Assembly (NCBI GenBank): GCA_963514005.1
Contig: OY740804.1
Span: 19,530,001 to 19,594,000 of the forward strand
DNA length: 64,000 nt
Origin: Raja brachyura
Lineage: Eukaryota
Direction: 5' to 3'
The notes beneath the pieces were generated by a model that did not search any database, had not been told where the DNA came from, and worked only from the letters and a program-made list of their open reading frames with translations. Each line of letters begins with the position of its first letter. Positions within the stretch are counted from its first letter, which is position 1. Made by a program: the position numbers and the translations under genes. Of this stretch, positions 25,770 to 39,300 are shown one piece after another.

Positions 25770-25880
25770 GGCCACCTGCGCCTGTATGTATGTTCTCCTT
25801 GTGACCGCGTGGGTTTTCTCCGGGTGCTCTAGTTTCCTCCCACACTCTAAAGACGTGCAGTTTTCTAGGTTAATTGGCTT
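25770..25880 (+). mobile_element. V-SINE (HE1-like) core fragment
   Basis: GTTCTCC..GTGACCGCGTGGGTTTTCTCCGGGTGCTC..GTTTCCTCCCAC V-domain consensus. Confidence 0.7.
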
Positions 25881-26599
25881 CCAGCGGGCACCGCAGAGCC
25901 ATGCAAGGAGGGACCTGGCTGGCCTGGCGAGAACGTGGACAGACCCGGCAGCCGATGAGAACAACCGGCGGCACGACAAGAACAAAGATGGAACCTGCGG
26001 CCACTGTGGGGCCGTGCAATAGCAGACCGGGCTGGCCGGCCGAGAACAAGGACGGACACGGCGCCAGCCTGATCTTTGTTGTCGTCGGCCACTGAGAACA
26101 AAGCCCAGCGGGCCACCCCATGGCCATGGGTGGCGGCAGGCCTGGGGCCCAGCGGGCTGCTGCCTGTAGGGGGACACTAGGAAGCCCCAAAGCCCCTCGA
26201 GTTGAGGAGGGAGCTGCTGGCAATTACGGAAACGAGGAGTGGGCCTGTAGGGTAGGGACTGTGGTATTGCCTCCAGCGCCGTCAAGGTGAGCTGCAGGAG
26301 GCGCCCCCTGAGTCATAGAGGCGGTCGGGCAAGAAGAGGGACGTCGGGTCACGGGCCTGCTGCAGCAGCCTGGGGTTTGCCTCTGCATACCTGGATCATG
26401 GGCACTCCATTACTTCCAGCATGTGGACCGGACTTTGGGCTTTTCACTTTTCTTTGTAAACAGTGCCAAAATATGGCGCCTGCGTATTTGTGGGTTATTC
26501 AAAAGAACAGCTCTGGAACATATCTCAGCTGCCATATTGAAGGCCTGTACTCCAAAAATAGTGCATGCCTGACCGAGCTGTTACAGTCTAGTTGAAACA

Positions 26600-27255
26600 C
26601 TAAGCATAGAATAAATATAGCACAGGAAACAGGCCGTTTGGCCCATAATGTCTGTGCTGAACATATGTTAAACTAATCTCCCCTGCCTGCACGTAATCTA
26701 TATCCCTCCATTCCCTGCATTTCGATGAGTCTAACAAAAAGCGTCTGTTGTGTCTTCCTCCACCATCACCCCTGGATGCACATTCTAGGCACCCGTCACT
26801 CCCTGTTTAAAAAACATCCCACACGTCTCCTTTAAACTTTACCCCTCTCAACATAAAGCTACGCACTTCATTCTTTGACATTTTCATCCTGTGAAAAGGT
26901 TCTGGTTGTCTACCCTTTCTATATCTCTTACAATTTTATACACCTCTATCAGATTTCCTCTCAATCTCCAATGCTCCAGAGAAAACAATTCAGGTTTGTC
27001 CAACCTCTCCTGACAGCTAATACCAATCTGGTACACTGCACAATCCACAAAGTCTCCACCTCCCTCCTTTAATGAGCAATGGGAACCACACACACTACAC
27101 CAAATGTGACCAAACCAAAGTCTTACAGTACAAAGCTGCAATATGGCTTCCTAGCTGTGATACTCAATGCCCCAACCTATGAACGAAACCGATTAAACTG
27201 CATACCTACTTTTCCACTCTATTCACATGTTGCCATTTTCAGGGAGCTGTGACCC
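26600..27255 (-). mobile_element. CR1 3' fragment
   Basis: [19 protein letters not shown] peptide and CR1-type 3'UTR. Confidence 0.7.
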
Positions 27256-27279
27256 AAAGGATGACTAAAGAGGGGGCGC

Positions 27280-28345
27280 AGGCAAGGGAAGGGAGGAGAG
27301 GGAATGCAGGAGTTACTTGAAATGAGAGAAATCAATATCATACCACTGTGTTTTAAGCTGCCCAAGCAAAATATGAGATACTGTTCCTCCAATTTGCGTG
27401 TGGCCTCTCTCTGACAGTGAAGGAACCCCTGGGCAGAGAGGTCAGTGTGGGAATGGGAAGGGAAATTAAAATAACCGGGACATCATATGGGCCAAGACAG
27501 ACTGAACGTAAATGTTCAGCAAAACAATCGGCAAGTCTACGCTTGGTCTCGCTGATATATAGGAGCCCCACCAGGAACACCGGATATAGTAGATCAGGTT
27601 GGAAGAGGTGCTAGTGAACCCCTGCCTCACCTGAAAGGACTGTCGGGGACCCAGGATGGAGTCGAGGGAGGAGGTATAAGGACAGGTTGCAGGGAAAGGT
27701 CCATGGGGAAGGGGTGGTTTGGTTGGGAAGGGATGAGTGAACTAAGGTCTTTGCAGAGAGAGAATCTCTGCAGAAAGCAGAATGGGGTGGAGGTGGGAAA
27801 ATGTGACTAGTGGTGGAGTCCCATTGAAGGTGATGAAAATGTTGGAGGATGATATGTTGTATGTGGTGGCTGAGGCGGTGAAAGGTGTCCTCCTCTCTCA
27901 GAGTGAGGCCACATGTAAATTGGAGAAACAGCACCCATATTGCGCCTGACAACCCAGAAGAATGAACGTTGATTTCCCTAATTAAGTAACTCCTGCATCC
28001 CCTCTCCTCCCTTCTCTTGCATCCTCCACCACCCTAGTCATTCTACCAGTTCCACTGTATGCATTTTGGTATCCGTCTTATTATCACAGCTTCCCTCGCC
28101 AACAATGGCCCATCATGCTCTCCCCTGTTCCTGAGGTCATCTGTTGTGGTCCTAATTTGTTCTGGCCTTTTCTCACCTCCAGTTTATTTCTACCCCCACC
28201 TCTACTTTCAGTCTGAAGAATGGTTCCGACCCAAAATGGCACGTATTATTTCTAACAAAATGGCTGCCTACCCTCTGAGTTACTCCAGCATTTTGTGTCT
28301 ATCTTTGGTATAAACCAGCATCTGCAGTTTCTTCCTACACAATAT
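27280..28345. mobile_element. Penelope-like element fragments (GIY-YIG region on the minus strand, followed by an inverted 3' copy on plus)
   Basis: GLLYISETKRRLADCFAEHLRSV is a GIY-YIG endonuclease motif. The plus-strand segment 27890-28340 repeats the AAATTGGAG..CAGCA..CATAT motif and ends in GTCTGAAGAA..CGACCC..CAGCATCTGCAGTT. Confidence 0.72.
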
Positions 28346-28360
28346 CGTTGTTGTCATTTG

Positions 28361-28454
28361 ACTTCCTGAATGTGGTAACTGGGTCAAACCCCGCCTTTAG
28401 ACGCTCGACGCTTCAAAGATCGGCGCACATACAACACATTTGTACAAGAGGAAG
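28361..28454 (+). promoter_or_regulatory. Putative TATA-less haematopoietic proximal promoter of the SLAM/CD2-like gene
   Basis: ETS site ACTTCCTG (28361-28368), RUNX site TGTGGT (28371-28376), GC box CCCCGCC (28389-28395) and PU.1-like GAGGAAG (28448-28454), all within 130 bp of the ATG. Confidence 0.5.
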
Positions 28455-28489
28455 CCTCCCCTATCACACACTGCAGTACGCGGAGAGAT

Positions 28490-28544
28490 ATGGACTCCAG
28501 GTGCCTGTCAATCTCCTTCTGGCTCGTGCTGGCCATCTCAGACT
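28490..28544 (+). CDS. SLAM/CD2-like exon 1: signal peptide [18 protein letters not shown]
   Basis: ATG, hydrophobic core, then GACT|GTAAGT phase-1 donor, typical of an IgSF leader exon. In frame with the IgV exon. Confidence 0.7.
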
Positions 28545-30289
28545 GTAAGTTTATTCAAAAAGAACCTTTCTGTTTAACTTTGTGTTTAACTTCTCTCTCT
28601 CCAGCAGAATCCCATCTTGCACTGCCTGGACAGTGTTTCGATACTAAGTAAAGCTCCCTTTATAATGTTGTTTGAAATATTAGCTACAACATTCACCAAA
28701 GCACCATACACCCAAATAAAGATTCAAAATATAGTTCACCTTGAGGTACTTCCCCTAACTGCTGTCTGCCTACCATTTTGATTATCTTAGATTTTAATGA
28801 CTTTACTCTAGTTATGGAGCAGAGACATGTGTGTGACCCTTTGAGGTTTTCAATGTATATGTGTGGCGACTCTCTTTACGCTCAGCCTGAAATAGGGCAT
28901 ACCGACCTCTGCCCTCTACCCCAGCTCACACTTTCTCTTCCTCTCGAGTTCGCCCTCATTTATTTGCCTTCTCTGTCCTTACCTCAGTTTTGGTGTTTCA
29001 ATTTATTTGCTTATCTTCCAACACCTATTTCAGTGTTGCTCTCTCTCTGCAGATCAGTTGGTCTTTCTATCTCTTCATCTTTCATTTCTCTCTCTTCATC
29101 GTACTCTCTCAAAATATTAGGGCCGCCCCATTTTCCGCCTTGCATCTTCACCGGAGGTGTTATATGCTTCCTGACACTAATTGATGGATTGTTTGACCAA
29201 ACACTCTCTCTTTGTGAATCAACTTATTACAACTTGACAGCAGTTCCCAATCACTAATGGGCTCTGAGCCGTCAGACCCATTTGTTCTTTGATGGATTCC
29301 AGCAACTATCCTCACTCTACGCAGTCCATATTCCCAGGGCATGATTAGACATAGAATGAAGCTCCTTTTCCACATTCCCATCACATATTTCCAGAGACAC
29401 GGATCAACTACACAGACAGTTTCCCTGTACACTGACACATGGCAAATTACCAGGACATTCGATAGATATAGAGTAAACACAGGTCTCCGTCTGTCTGGTT
29501 ACAATTTCCAAAGATACAGTTTTGAAACAATGTGAAGTTCTATTTACCCCATCTCCCTTAGACAGTCTCATGGCAAGGGTGAAATATAGCAGTTTAGGTT
29601 TATTATTGTCATGTGTACCGAGGTAAAGTGAAAAAAATAGTTCTGCATGCTATCCTATCAGATCAGATAATATAAAATATAAATATAATCTAGACAAACA
29701 CATGTACATTAGATAGAGGAAAGGGAAAGATACAGAGAGGGGAGTGTATTTCTTAGTGTTGTAGAGATGGAGAAGGAAGCACAGGCGTGGGTCATCTTGT
29801 TAGCTGATTTTCAAAGGCAGTTTGAAGTACATGATGAGTCAATGTGGAAAGGCCAGTCTGTGTGGCGGACTGGGCGACACCCACTGCTAATCCTTTGCAG
29901 TCTTGTGCAGAGCTGTTCACAAATCTGCACAAAGTTGTCATGCAACCCGAACATATGCTTTCTATGGTGCATCTGTAAATGTTTGTAAGAGTCATTGGAG
30001 ACATGCTGAATTTCCTCATCTCTTACAGAAGAAACAGGAAAGCTCTGTTTACCCCATCAAATCACTCACTCCTAGGGTGCATGCAGATCTTTTCTTGTCA
30101 CTCTTTTTCTCCCTTTTGAGTTCTCTCTCACTTTCTCACTATCCAAATGTTTTCTCCCCTACTTGGCACTCTTAGTCTCTCTCACTTTGTCTGCTAGTCT
30201 TCCGTCACTTCCGTGGGTCACACACTCTGCAGATTAGTCTGTCTGTCTCTTTCTTTCTCTCCCCCTTCTTTCCATCTCTCTCGCTCTCT

Positions 30290-30351
<62 letters not shown>

Positions 30352-33300
30352 ACTCAGTTTGTCTCCATTTCGTTCAGCAACACTATCTGCTTCATATATT
30401 TCCCAACCACCACCAGGATATGTTGCAACCACTTCCTGCCACCATTTGATGGTTTGAGTAAACACCCTTCCTTATCGCAGCTTAACAGCAGGTTTCTGAT
30501 CTCTCACAAGGGCTTAGGCTTAACAAGAGTTTCAGGCTTATCATTTCTTGATGAATTTCAATGGTTGTTCTTGCTCTGCACTGCCACAGTCCCAGGGCAT
30601 AGGTTGGATGCAGAGCAAAACTCCCTGTATAATGTCCCATCACACATGGGGCAGAGATTAAAAACAGGGTAAAGCCCCCCTCTAAACTTACACAGATCCA
30701 GGACAGGTTTAGATACTGAGTGAAACGCGAAGATTAAGCTGCAGTTTTGAGGCAATGACAGATACCTGTAAAATATGACAATGCTTGCATGGGAAAGTGA
30801 AATTTAAGGACCGGGGAGGTATTTCTCGTTTCTCTCTGTGAGAGGCAGGTTGAGACCAGAAGTGTGGGAAATGGAGGAGATGCATGTGGCGGAACGGGGA
30901 GCCATGTTTCTTGAGAATGGAGAATGAAGATTACTTGCATGGAAAGCCTCATCTTGACAACAGATGTAGTGGAGATGGAGAAACTGAAAGAAAGGGATGG
31001 TGTTCTCACAGGAGACGGGTGGAAGAGGTTAGTCCGTATGGGATTCAGTGGATTGATTGTAAATATAAAGGGATAATTTGCTTCCGGAGATGAGACAGAT
31101 AGAAAGGGGAGAGAAGTGTCAGAAATAGTCTAATCAAATTTGAGGACAGTCTGGAGGTTAATAGCAAAGGTGATAAAATTGACAAATTCCTCACAAGTGG
31201 AGGCAGCCCCAACTATTTCTCCATAATTACATATTACAACTTTCTTTGCCATGGCCCCCATATGGTCTGATACATTGAGAGCCTTGTTCAGGACGAGTGA
31301 CACTACTCACCTGATTTCAGGAAGAATTCAGCCTTCCTGTACATTTTAGAAACTGTGACAATGGCAAAAATGAATGGTAGGAGGCAATGTGTGCAAACAC
31401 CCAGACACTGTGGGAATACAGGGCTTAGATTAAATTAGGAATCAGAGGTGCATGTAACAAGGGCAATGCAGTGACCAGGAAGACCTGAATCCACTCATAG
31501 ACTAAGAGTGATGTGAAGATCCTCTATGCGTGGAGCCACAGGAGATGGACAAGGTCCTAAATTAATTCCCATCCCTATGCCTTTCATGCATGTTAGCGAG
31601 CTCAGCGAAGTCAATAGCGATGAATTGAAGAGAGCACATTATATCAAAGGAGCATTACACCACTACTGGAGGACTTAAAACATGTAAAGGTAAATCCTCA
31701 GGACCTAATTAAGTGTATCATAGGACATTGGGGTAAGGTAGGGAAGAATTTAAGAGGTGCCTAACAAATATATTTGTATCAGCGATAGCATTGGTGAGGT
31801 GTTGGCAGTCTGGAGGGTGGGTAAATTGTGTCTTTATTTAAGAAGGGCTGCAGGACAAGGCTGGGAAATACAGACCAATGAGTCTGACATCAATAAGCAT
31901 AGGTTATTAAAGGAGATTCTGAGAGACAGGATCTACGTGCATTTCGAAACACAAAGATTGAATAGGAATGGTTACTATGGCTTTGTGCTTGAGAATTTGT
32001 GTCTCAGGGATTTGAGCGAGTTTTTGACGAGGTGACTAGAAAGATGAAGATAGCGTGATAGATGTTGCCAATGTGGCCTTTGACAAGGTACAGCTTGGTA
32101 GGCTGGTCCAGAAGGTTATATCACATGGGGTCCAATTGAAATAAAATTGGCTTGATGGTAGAAGAGGCTGGGTAGTGATATACATTTGGTTTAAGACCGG
32201 AGGTCTGTGACGCTAGGTGTGCTGCAGGAATGGGTACTGGGTTGTTCATCATTTATATTAACAATTTGGATGAGAAACCAGGTGGCATTATTGGTAGGTT
32301 TGCATATGAAACTAAAATTGGTGTGTAGTGCACATGAAGAAGATTATCCATGATTACCATGGGATCCTGATCAACTGGGCCACTGGGTTGACGAATGGTA
32401 GATCAAGTTTAATTCAGATAAATGTGAAGTATGGTATTTTGGTTGGACAAACCAGAGCAGGACTTGCATAGTAAATAGTAGATAGGTATTGTAGGACACA
32501 GAGACCTAGGGGTGGAGGCAAATAGTTCCTTAAAAGTAGTAAAACAGCTGGGCAGAGTGGAAAAGGAGGTGTTTGGCACATTTGCTTTCATCAGTCAGGA
32601 TATTGAGTATTACAGGGCATATTACAGTTGTACAAGATGTTGATAATGCCACTAGTGGGGTAGTGCATACAGTTCTGATCTCAATGCTCTTAGATTATAT
32701 CATTAACAGGTGAAGATGCAAAAAAAAACCTTACGAGGATGTTACCTGGATTGGTGGGTTTGATTTAGAGAGTCATAGTCATACAATATGGAAACAGACC
32801 CATTGGCCCTACTTTCCCATGCCGACCATGCCCCATGCACGCCAGTCCCACCTTCCCGCATTTGGCCCACATCCCTCTCAACCTTTCCTATTCAGTCAAA
32901 AAAGGAGACGCTGGATAGGCTACAGCTTTTTACGCTGGAGCATAAGAGGTTGAGGGGTGAGCTAGTAGATGCTTATGAAATTCTGACAGACACAGATAAG
33001 TGAATAAACATAGACTTTTCCTAGAGTAGGGGAATATAAATCTAAAGGGAATATATTTAAAATAAGAGGAAAGATTTAAAAAGGACCTTGTAGACAGCCT
33101 TTTCACATAGTGGGTGGTGTGTATATGGAACAAGCTGTCAATAGAGGAAGATATAATTACGACATTTTAAAGACAGGTGTATGGATAAGAAAGATATTGA
33201 GGGATGTAGTCAAAATGCAGGCAACTTGGACTAGCTCACTTCGGCAACTTGTTCAGCCTAGACTTGTTGAGCCGAATGGCCTATTTCTGTGGTGATAGTT

Positions 33301-36300
33301 TGATGACACCATAGAGGAACAAACGCATGGATGGTTTGATATTTCAACATGTTCAGGAACCGATGATGGAGAGGGCAATTTTAGACTCATTATTGTGTAA
33401 AATGTAAGAGTTAATTGATAATCTAGTATTAATTTGTCAAGTCTGAAGGCGACATTGTAGCGCAGTGGTGGAGTTGCTGCCTCACAGCGCCAGAGGCCTG
33501 AATTTGATTATATAAAGTTGCTGCCTGTACGGAGTTTGTCCGTTCTCCCTGTGTCCAGGTGGGGTTTCATTGTTCATTGTTCATTTATTTATTGTTCATG
33601 TATTTATTGTCATTCGATAAAAGAAAGCGAATGGTATGTTAGTGACGAAAGCGAATGGTATGTTAGCTTTCATAGCAAAAGGATTTGAGTATAGGAGCAG
33701 GGAGGTTCTACGTCAGTTGTATAGGGTCTTGGTGAGACCACACCTGGAGTATTGCGTACAGTTCTGGTCTCCAAATCTGAGGAAGGACATTATTACCATA
33801 GAGTGCAGAGAAGGTTCACCAGACTGATTCCTGGGATGTCAGGACTGTCTTATGAACAAAGACTGCATAGACTTGGTTTATACTCTCTAGAATTTAGGAG
33901 ATTGAGAGGGGATCTTATAGAAACTTACAAAATTCTTAAGGGGTTGGACAGGCTAGATGCAGGGAGATTGTTCCCGATGTTGGGGAGGTCCAGGACAAGG
34001 GGTCACAGCTTATGGATAAGGGGGAAATCCTTTAGGACTGAAATGAGAAGGACTTTTTTCACACAGAGAGTGGTGGGTCTCAGGAACTCTCTGCCACAGA
34101 GGGTAGTTGAGGCCAGTTCATTGGCTATATTTAAGAGGGAGTTAGATGTGGCCCTTGTGGCTAAGGGGATCAGAGGGTATGGAGAGAAGGCAGGTACGGG
34201 ATACTGATTTGGATGATCAGCCATGATCATATTGAATGGCGCTGCAGGCTCAAAGGGCCGAATGGCCTACTCCTGCACCTAATTTCTATGTTTCTATGTT
34301 TCTATGTTTCTAAAAAAAAGCTTCCACATGAATCATGAATGACATTTGTACTCAGGTCCGAGCAATGTAATAGTGCAATAAGACATCAAAAAAATGCAGT
34401 AAAGACATCAATAAATTCTAACTTATATAAAAACCTACAACAATAAAATTTAAATAATAATGAGCCTATGAATAAATAGTAAAAAGTAAAAAAAGCAGCA
34501 TGGTTAAAAGACAGCAGCATAATAATGTCCATAGCAGCAGCAGTAGCAGCAGACAGTTCACTGAGGCAGTGAGGGTTCAGTCAGTGAGGTAGGGAGTTTA
34601 AAAGTCTCACAGCCTTGGGGAAGAAGCTGGCTTTAAGCCTTGTTGTCCTGGCCTTTATGCTGCGCAGCCTTCTCCCTGAGGGGAGGGGTCAAAGAGTCCA
34701 TTTGCCGGGTGGGTGGTATTTGAGGCTCTGCTCTTGCACCTGCTGATGTAAATGTCCCTAATGGCAGGGAGGCAGTTGTTTGTGATTTCTTGGGCAGATT
34801 TGACCACCCTCTGCAACGCCTTCCAGTCATCAGCAGAGCAGTTTCCGTACCGCACTGTGATACACGACGTGAGGACGCTCTCCACCACACACCTGTAAAA
34901 TGATGTCAGGACTAGGGTGCTGAGGCCAGCACGCTTCAGTTCCTCAAGAAATAAAGGCGTTGGTGGGCTTTTTTAATGATGCTAGCCGTGTTGCAGGTCA
35001 AGGTGAGGTTGTTAGAAATGTGCACCCCCAGATATTTAAAACTGGACACCATCTCCACAGCTTCTCCTCCGATGTAAAGGGGAGGGGGGGTGTAGCCGCC
35101 TTTTCTGAAGTCCACAATCACCTCCTTTGTCTCCCCCACGTTGTAGAGGTTGTTTGCTTTACACCAGACTTCAAGTTCTCCCACTTCCTATCTGTAGCCC
35201 GACTCGTCATTGTGGGAGATTAATCCCACCGCAGCTGTGTCATCTGCAAATTTGACAATATGACTGTTCGGGTGTTTGGCTGAACAGTCATAAGTGAGAG
35301 GAATGTACAGCAGGGGGCTCAGGACATCCCTGTGGGGAGCCGGTGTTGAGGGTAATGGGGGGGCGGATGAGACACTGTAGATGTTAACAGACTATGGCCT
35401 GTTGGTCAAGAAGTCTAGTACCCAGTTGCACATGGATGGTTTAAGTCCAAGCAGCAGCAGTTTGTTGACTAACGTCTGCGGAATGATGGTATTGAAGGCA
35501 GAACTAAAGTCCAAGAAGAGCAATCTGACATATGAACTCCTGTTCTCCAAATGAATGAGGGCTGAGTGAATGACGGATGAGATTGCATCAGATGTAGACC
35601 GGTTCTTCCTGTAGGCGTACTGATGAGTGTCGACATTGATGTTAATGCTGTCTTTTAGGTGGACCATAACCAGCCTTTCGAAGCATTTTGTGATTATCAG
35701 GGTGAGAGCCACCGGACGGTAATCTCAAGCCTGACACCACTGACTTTTATGGCACAGGGATGATGGTGGCGGTCTTGAGACATGTCAGCACCACAGCTTG
35801 GGAGAGGGAGGTGTTATAGATGTCAGTCAGTACCCCAGTGAGTTCATGAGCGCAGTCTCTCAGAACCCGTCCCGGGATGTTATCCGGGCCTGCTGCTTTG
35901 CGGGGGTTGACTCTCATCAGGGACCTCCTCACATCCTCAGCAGTCACCCTGAGAGGCAGCTCACCTGGTGGGAGTGTGAACCTGCAGCTGGGGGAGGTGT
36001 TGGAAGCCTCAAAGCGAGCATAAAAAGTGTTCAGGGCATCAGGAAGAGATGGATCCCTGGGGCATGCAGCATCTCTTTTGTTGTGCTCTGTGATGGCCTT
36101 GATGTCCTTCCACATGCTCTGGGGGTCATTGGTGGACAAATGACCTTGGATTTTGAAAGCATAGCTGGCTTTTGCTCTCTTAAGTCCAGCGTCCAGCTTG
36201 CTCCTCGCTGCTCTCAGCACCGATGCATCTCCCAGCCTGAATGCTGAGTTTCTCTGGGTACTCTGGTTTCCTCCCACGCTCCAAGACATACAGGTTTGTA

Positions 36301-39300
36301 GGTTACGGGCTTCGGTATAATTGTAAATTTTCCTTAGTGTGTAGGATAGTGCGATTGTACAGTGTGATGGCTGGTCAACGCAGACTTGGGCTGAAAGGCC
36401 TGTTTCTGCTCTGTATCTCTAAAGTCAGGGGAAGAATGATCACTTAAGAAAGAATTTGAAGCTTGGAAGTATTGTAGCAATGTTACAACATTTTGAGATT
36501 TAAAAAATGAAGTCTGCAATTTATCCCATCGGATAAAGCATAAAAAGAAGTTTAATGTGACACCTAATTCACTTTCATATCTTCAGTATTAAAAAAGTTA
36601 TGGCCATTTTCATATTCGGAAATTAGCATCTTGTTCCCTATTGCTTTTCCACTGATTTAACACAAAAGCTGTGATCGAGGACAGTCAAAAGCCCATAACT
36701 TTCTTAAAAATTAAGAGAACAGAAAGACATTTTCAGTTATTATAGATTGAAGCATTCTGAAACAAATATGAAACAATCTTACTTGGATGACCTGAAATTA
36801 AAGCATATAATTAGATACCTAATTGTAGCTAATTACAAAATGTAATTACTAGATCTAAACATCTATTAATTTCTTAAGAAAAGATTAACATTTTTAAATA
36901 GCCCAGGTGTCCAAATAACATTCACACAAGAATTCACAATATAACATGATTTTTAAATCTCATTGTCATGAATTTATAGGCCAAATGGAAGGAATTTAAT
37001 GTTTAATTCCCGTAAATTAATGGCCATTTAAATAATCTTGCAATAATCTTGGGTTTTTGTGGAACGCGATCAATTGGAACGTTGTGGTTTGCGGTGAATT
37101 TGAACCCCATATTGGCAGGAAAAACACTGCCAGTTCGTATGGGGCCATAATCACATTTTCGCCAATGAAATTTGGATTAAAGTCATTCAAAGAAGCAAGT
37201 TTATATGTAAAATAAACGACTTTCCTTGTGTTTTGTCCCCTACGTGAGTTCTGTCCCGTCACTGGCGTTGATGGCGTTAGAAGTAGCTTTATTATTTTAC
37301 TCCAGCAATTAAATTGTCCCGTGATTTTTTTTTTTTAACTTCCGAGACGGAAGTTAACTTTTAACGAGTGAATAGCAGAGATATTAGATAACTATTTTGT
37401 GGGTCATCACAAAGACGACACAGAGTATCCTGGGAACAGTTGGTGACCACTAGAGTAAATGAAGGGCTGAAAAAAATGTACATTAGTGAAAAATTGTGTT
37501 GGAGAAATGAAACGGAAAGGTGATAAATCCCCAGGATCAAATCACCTGCATCCCAGGGTTGAAGGAGACAACCTTGGATTGTCATCATCCAAATGTCCAT
37601 AGATGGTGGAACAGTTCCCACAAGTTGGAAGGATGCAAATGTTACTGCACTGTTTAAGAAAGGAGAGGGGGGGAAACGGGATACTACAAGCGTTCAAGGT
37701 AGGCTCCGGGCATTACAGGAGTTGCAAGGGATCATTTCAGATTTTCACTACAGCAGTGGGGATGGTGGGAGTTCTCTCCAAGTCACAGGGCAGCAATGAA
37801 CAGTGACCATGGTTTAAGTACAACATGGGGAAGGTGGAGTAGATTCCAGTCCCCAGTATAGTAGGTGAGGCCAGAGAGGTGGATGTCAGTTTGCTCCCAT
37901 ATTGGTGGAGAGGGCAGGGGTTCACTACCAGTTCCCAGTCCAGTAGTGGGGAGGGGAGAGGGTCACACCCAGTTCCCAGTACAATAATGGGAGGGAGGGA
38001 GGGGTGCACTGCTACTTCCCTGTACGTAGTGGGGAGGGGAGTGTTTCACAGCCAGTTCTCAGTACAGCAGAGGCAGGAAGGGAAGGGGATCACACCCAGT
38101 TCTCAGTACAGTGGTGGGGAGGGTTGGGGGATAGGTTAATTTCTGGTTCCGGTATAACTGTGAGGAGGGCAATGTTTCAATCGCAGCAGAGCGGTGAGAG
38201 GGGACGGGCAATTGACCCCAGGTTCCAATAACGGGCAGATCAGGATTCACCCCAAGTTTCAATCCAGCAGGAACTCGATAAGCTATGATCTTTTGCAAGG
38301 TATAAGTTTGAGGATCCAAATGGTATCACCCTACTTCTGCCTCTGGAAAATATTTCTCTTGGTACCTCTCATCACCCTGCCCCATCCACGTAAATCTACC
38401 CTCCCCCTTCTCTGATGTGACCAACCCCACTCCAAACCTGTCCACATTCCTGGATCTCAGCCAACAAAGGCAGGGATCCCCTCCTCTTCCCTCTCCCCTC
38501 CTCCATCAGGGATCTGTGAACGTGCATTCCAAGGGTCTGCTTCCTCTGACCCCCCCCCACACACCAGCCACTCTCCCATTTACCTTGTGTTCCCTCGCCA
38601 TGTTCACTCTGCCCAATCCCTCTCCCTCATCTCCGGACTGGGTCCCATTTGCCGTGTCTGTTCCCCCTGACCCGTCCGTCTATATCTGGCTACAGGCTGT
38701 AACTTCCTTCCTCAGTCCCGGGTGCAGAGAGTCTTCACTCTGTTCACCCCGTGGGCTCACTGTGTGATGCAGGAACTGTGGGCTGGGTCTCTCACAGAAC
38801 TGGGAGCCAGACGATGGGCCTCATGGCCTGCTCCTGTGCTGTGATTCTCCCAGCTCCGATTTTTCCTCCAGTTACTGTGCTCTCCTGCTGATTGCCTCTC
38901 TTGTCTCCTCAGCTGGGACTGGAGATGACACTCGCCCTGTGATTGGAACTGTGGGACAAAAGGCCTTGTTATCTTCTGGGCTTCAAGTCAAACCGAGCAA
39001 TCTTGAGATTGTGTGGGAACATCTATCATCCAGAACCAGGATACTGGAATATACGAAAGGGAATGTTAAAATCTATGACACCAAGTACAAGGGACGGGTA
39101 AATCTTCATCGCAATGACTTCAGTCTGGAAATTTTAAGTCTACAGACACAGGATGCCGGAGATTACGAGGTAACTGTAACACTGGATACGGGCGCACAGA
39201 CTGTGTCCACAGTCCGACTGGAGGTATATGGTGAGTGAGACTGCCGCCGAGGAGCCCGGGTTTAACCATTTCATGAAACCCCAATCCCACATAAATGGGT

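Larger units (their letters stand above)
33448..36425 (+). mobile_element. V-SINE (HE1-like) split into 33448-33567 and about 36243-36425 by a Rex1 insertion
   Basis: tRNA-like head GGC..TAGCGCAGTGG..GAGTTGCTGCCTCACAGCGCCAGAG. The V-domain breaks at GGGTTT and resumes at TTTCTCTGGGTACTCTGGTTTCCTCCCAC. Confidence 0.7.

Noticed and set aside
25880-26500. GC-rich segment with 199-aa and other overlapping ORFs as a CpG-island gene start
   Set aside because: It abuts a V-SINE fragment and has no domain or splice signals; more likely TE-derived.
28604-28650. Possible micro-exon after exon 1 (TCTCTCCAG acceptor, GTAAAG donor)
   Set aside because: The 43-nt length breaks the phase with the IgV exon, the alternative acceptor creates TAA, the donor is weak, and the intron would be very short.
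33448-33520. tRNA gene
   Set aside because: Degenerate tRNA-derived SINE head followed by the V-domain; no complete cloverleaf.
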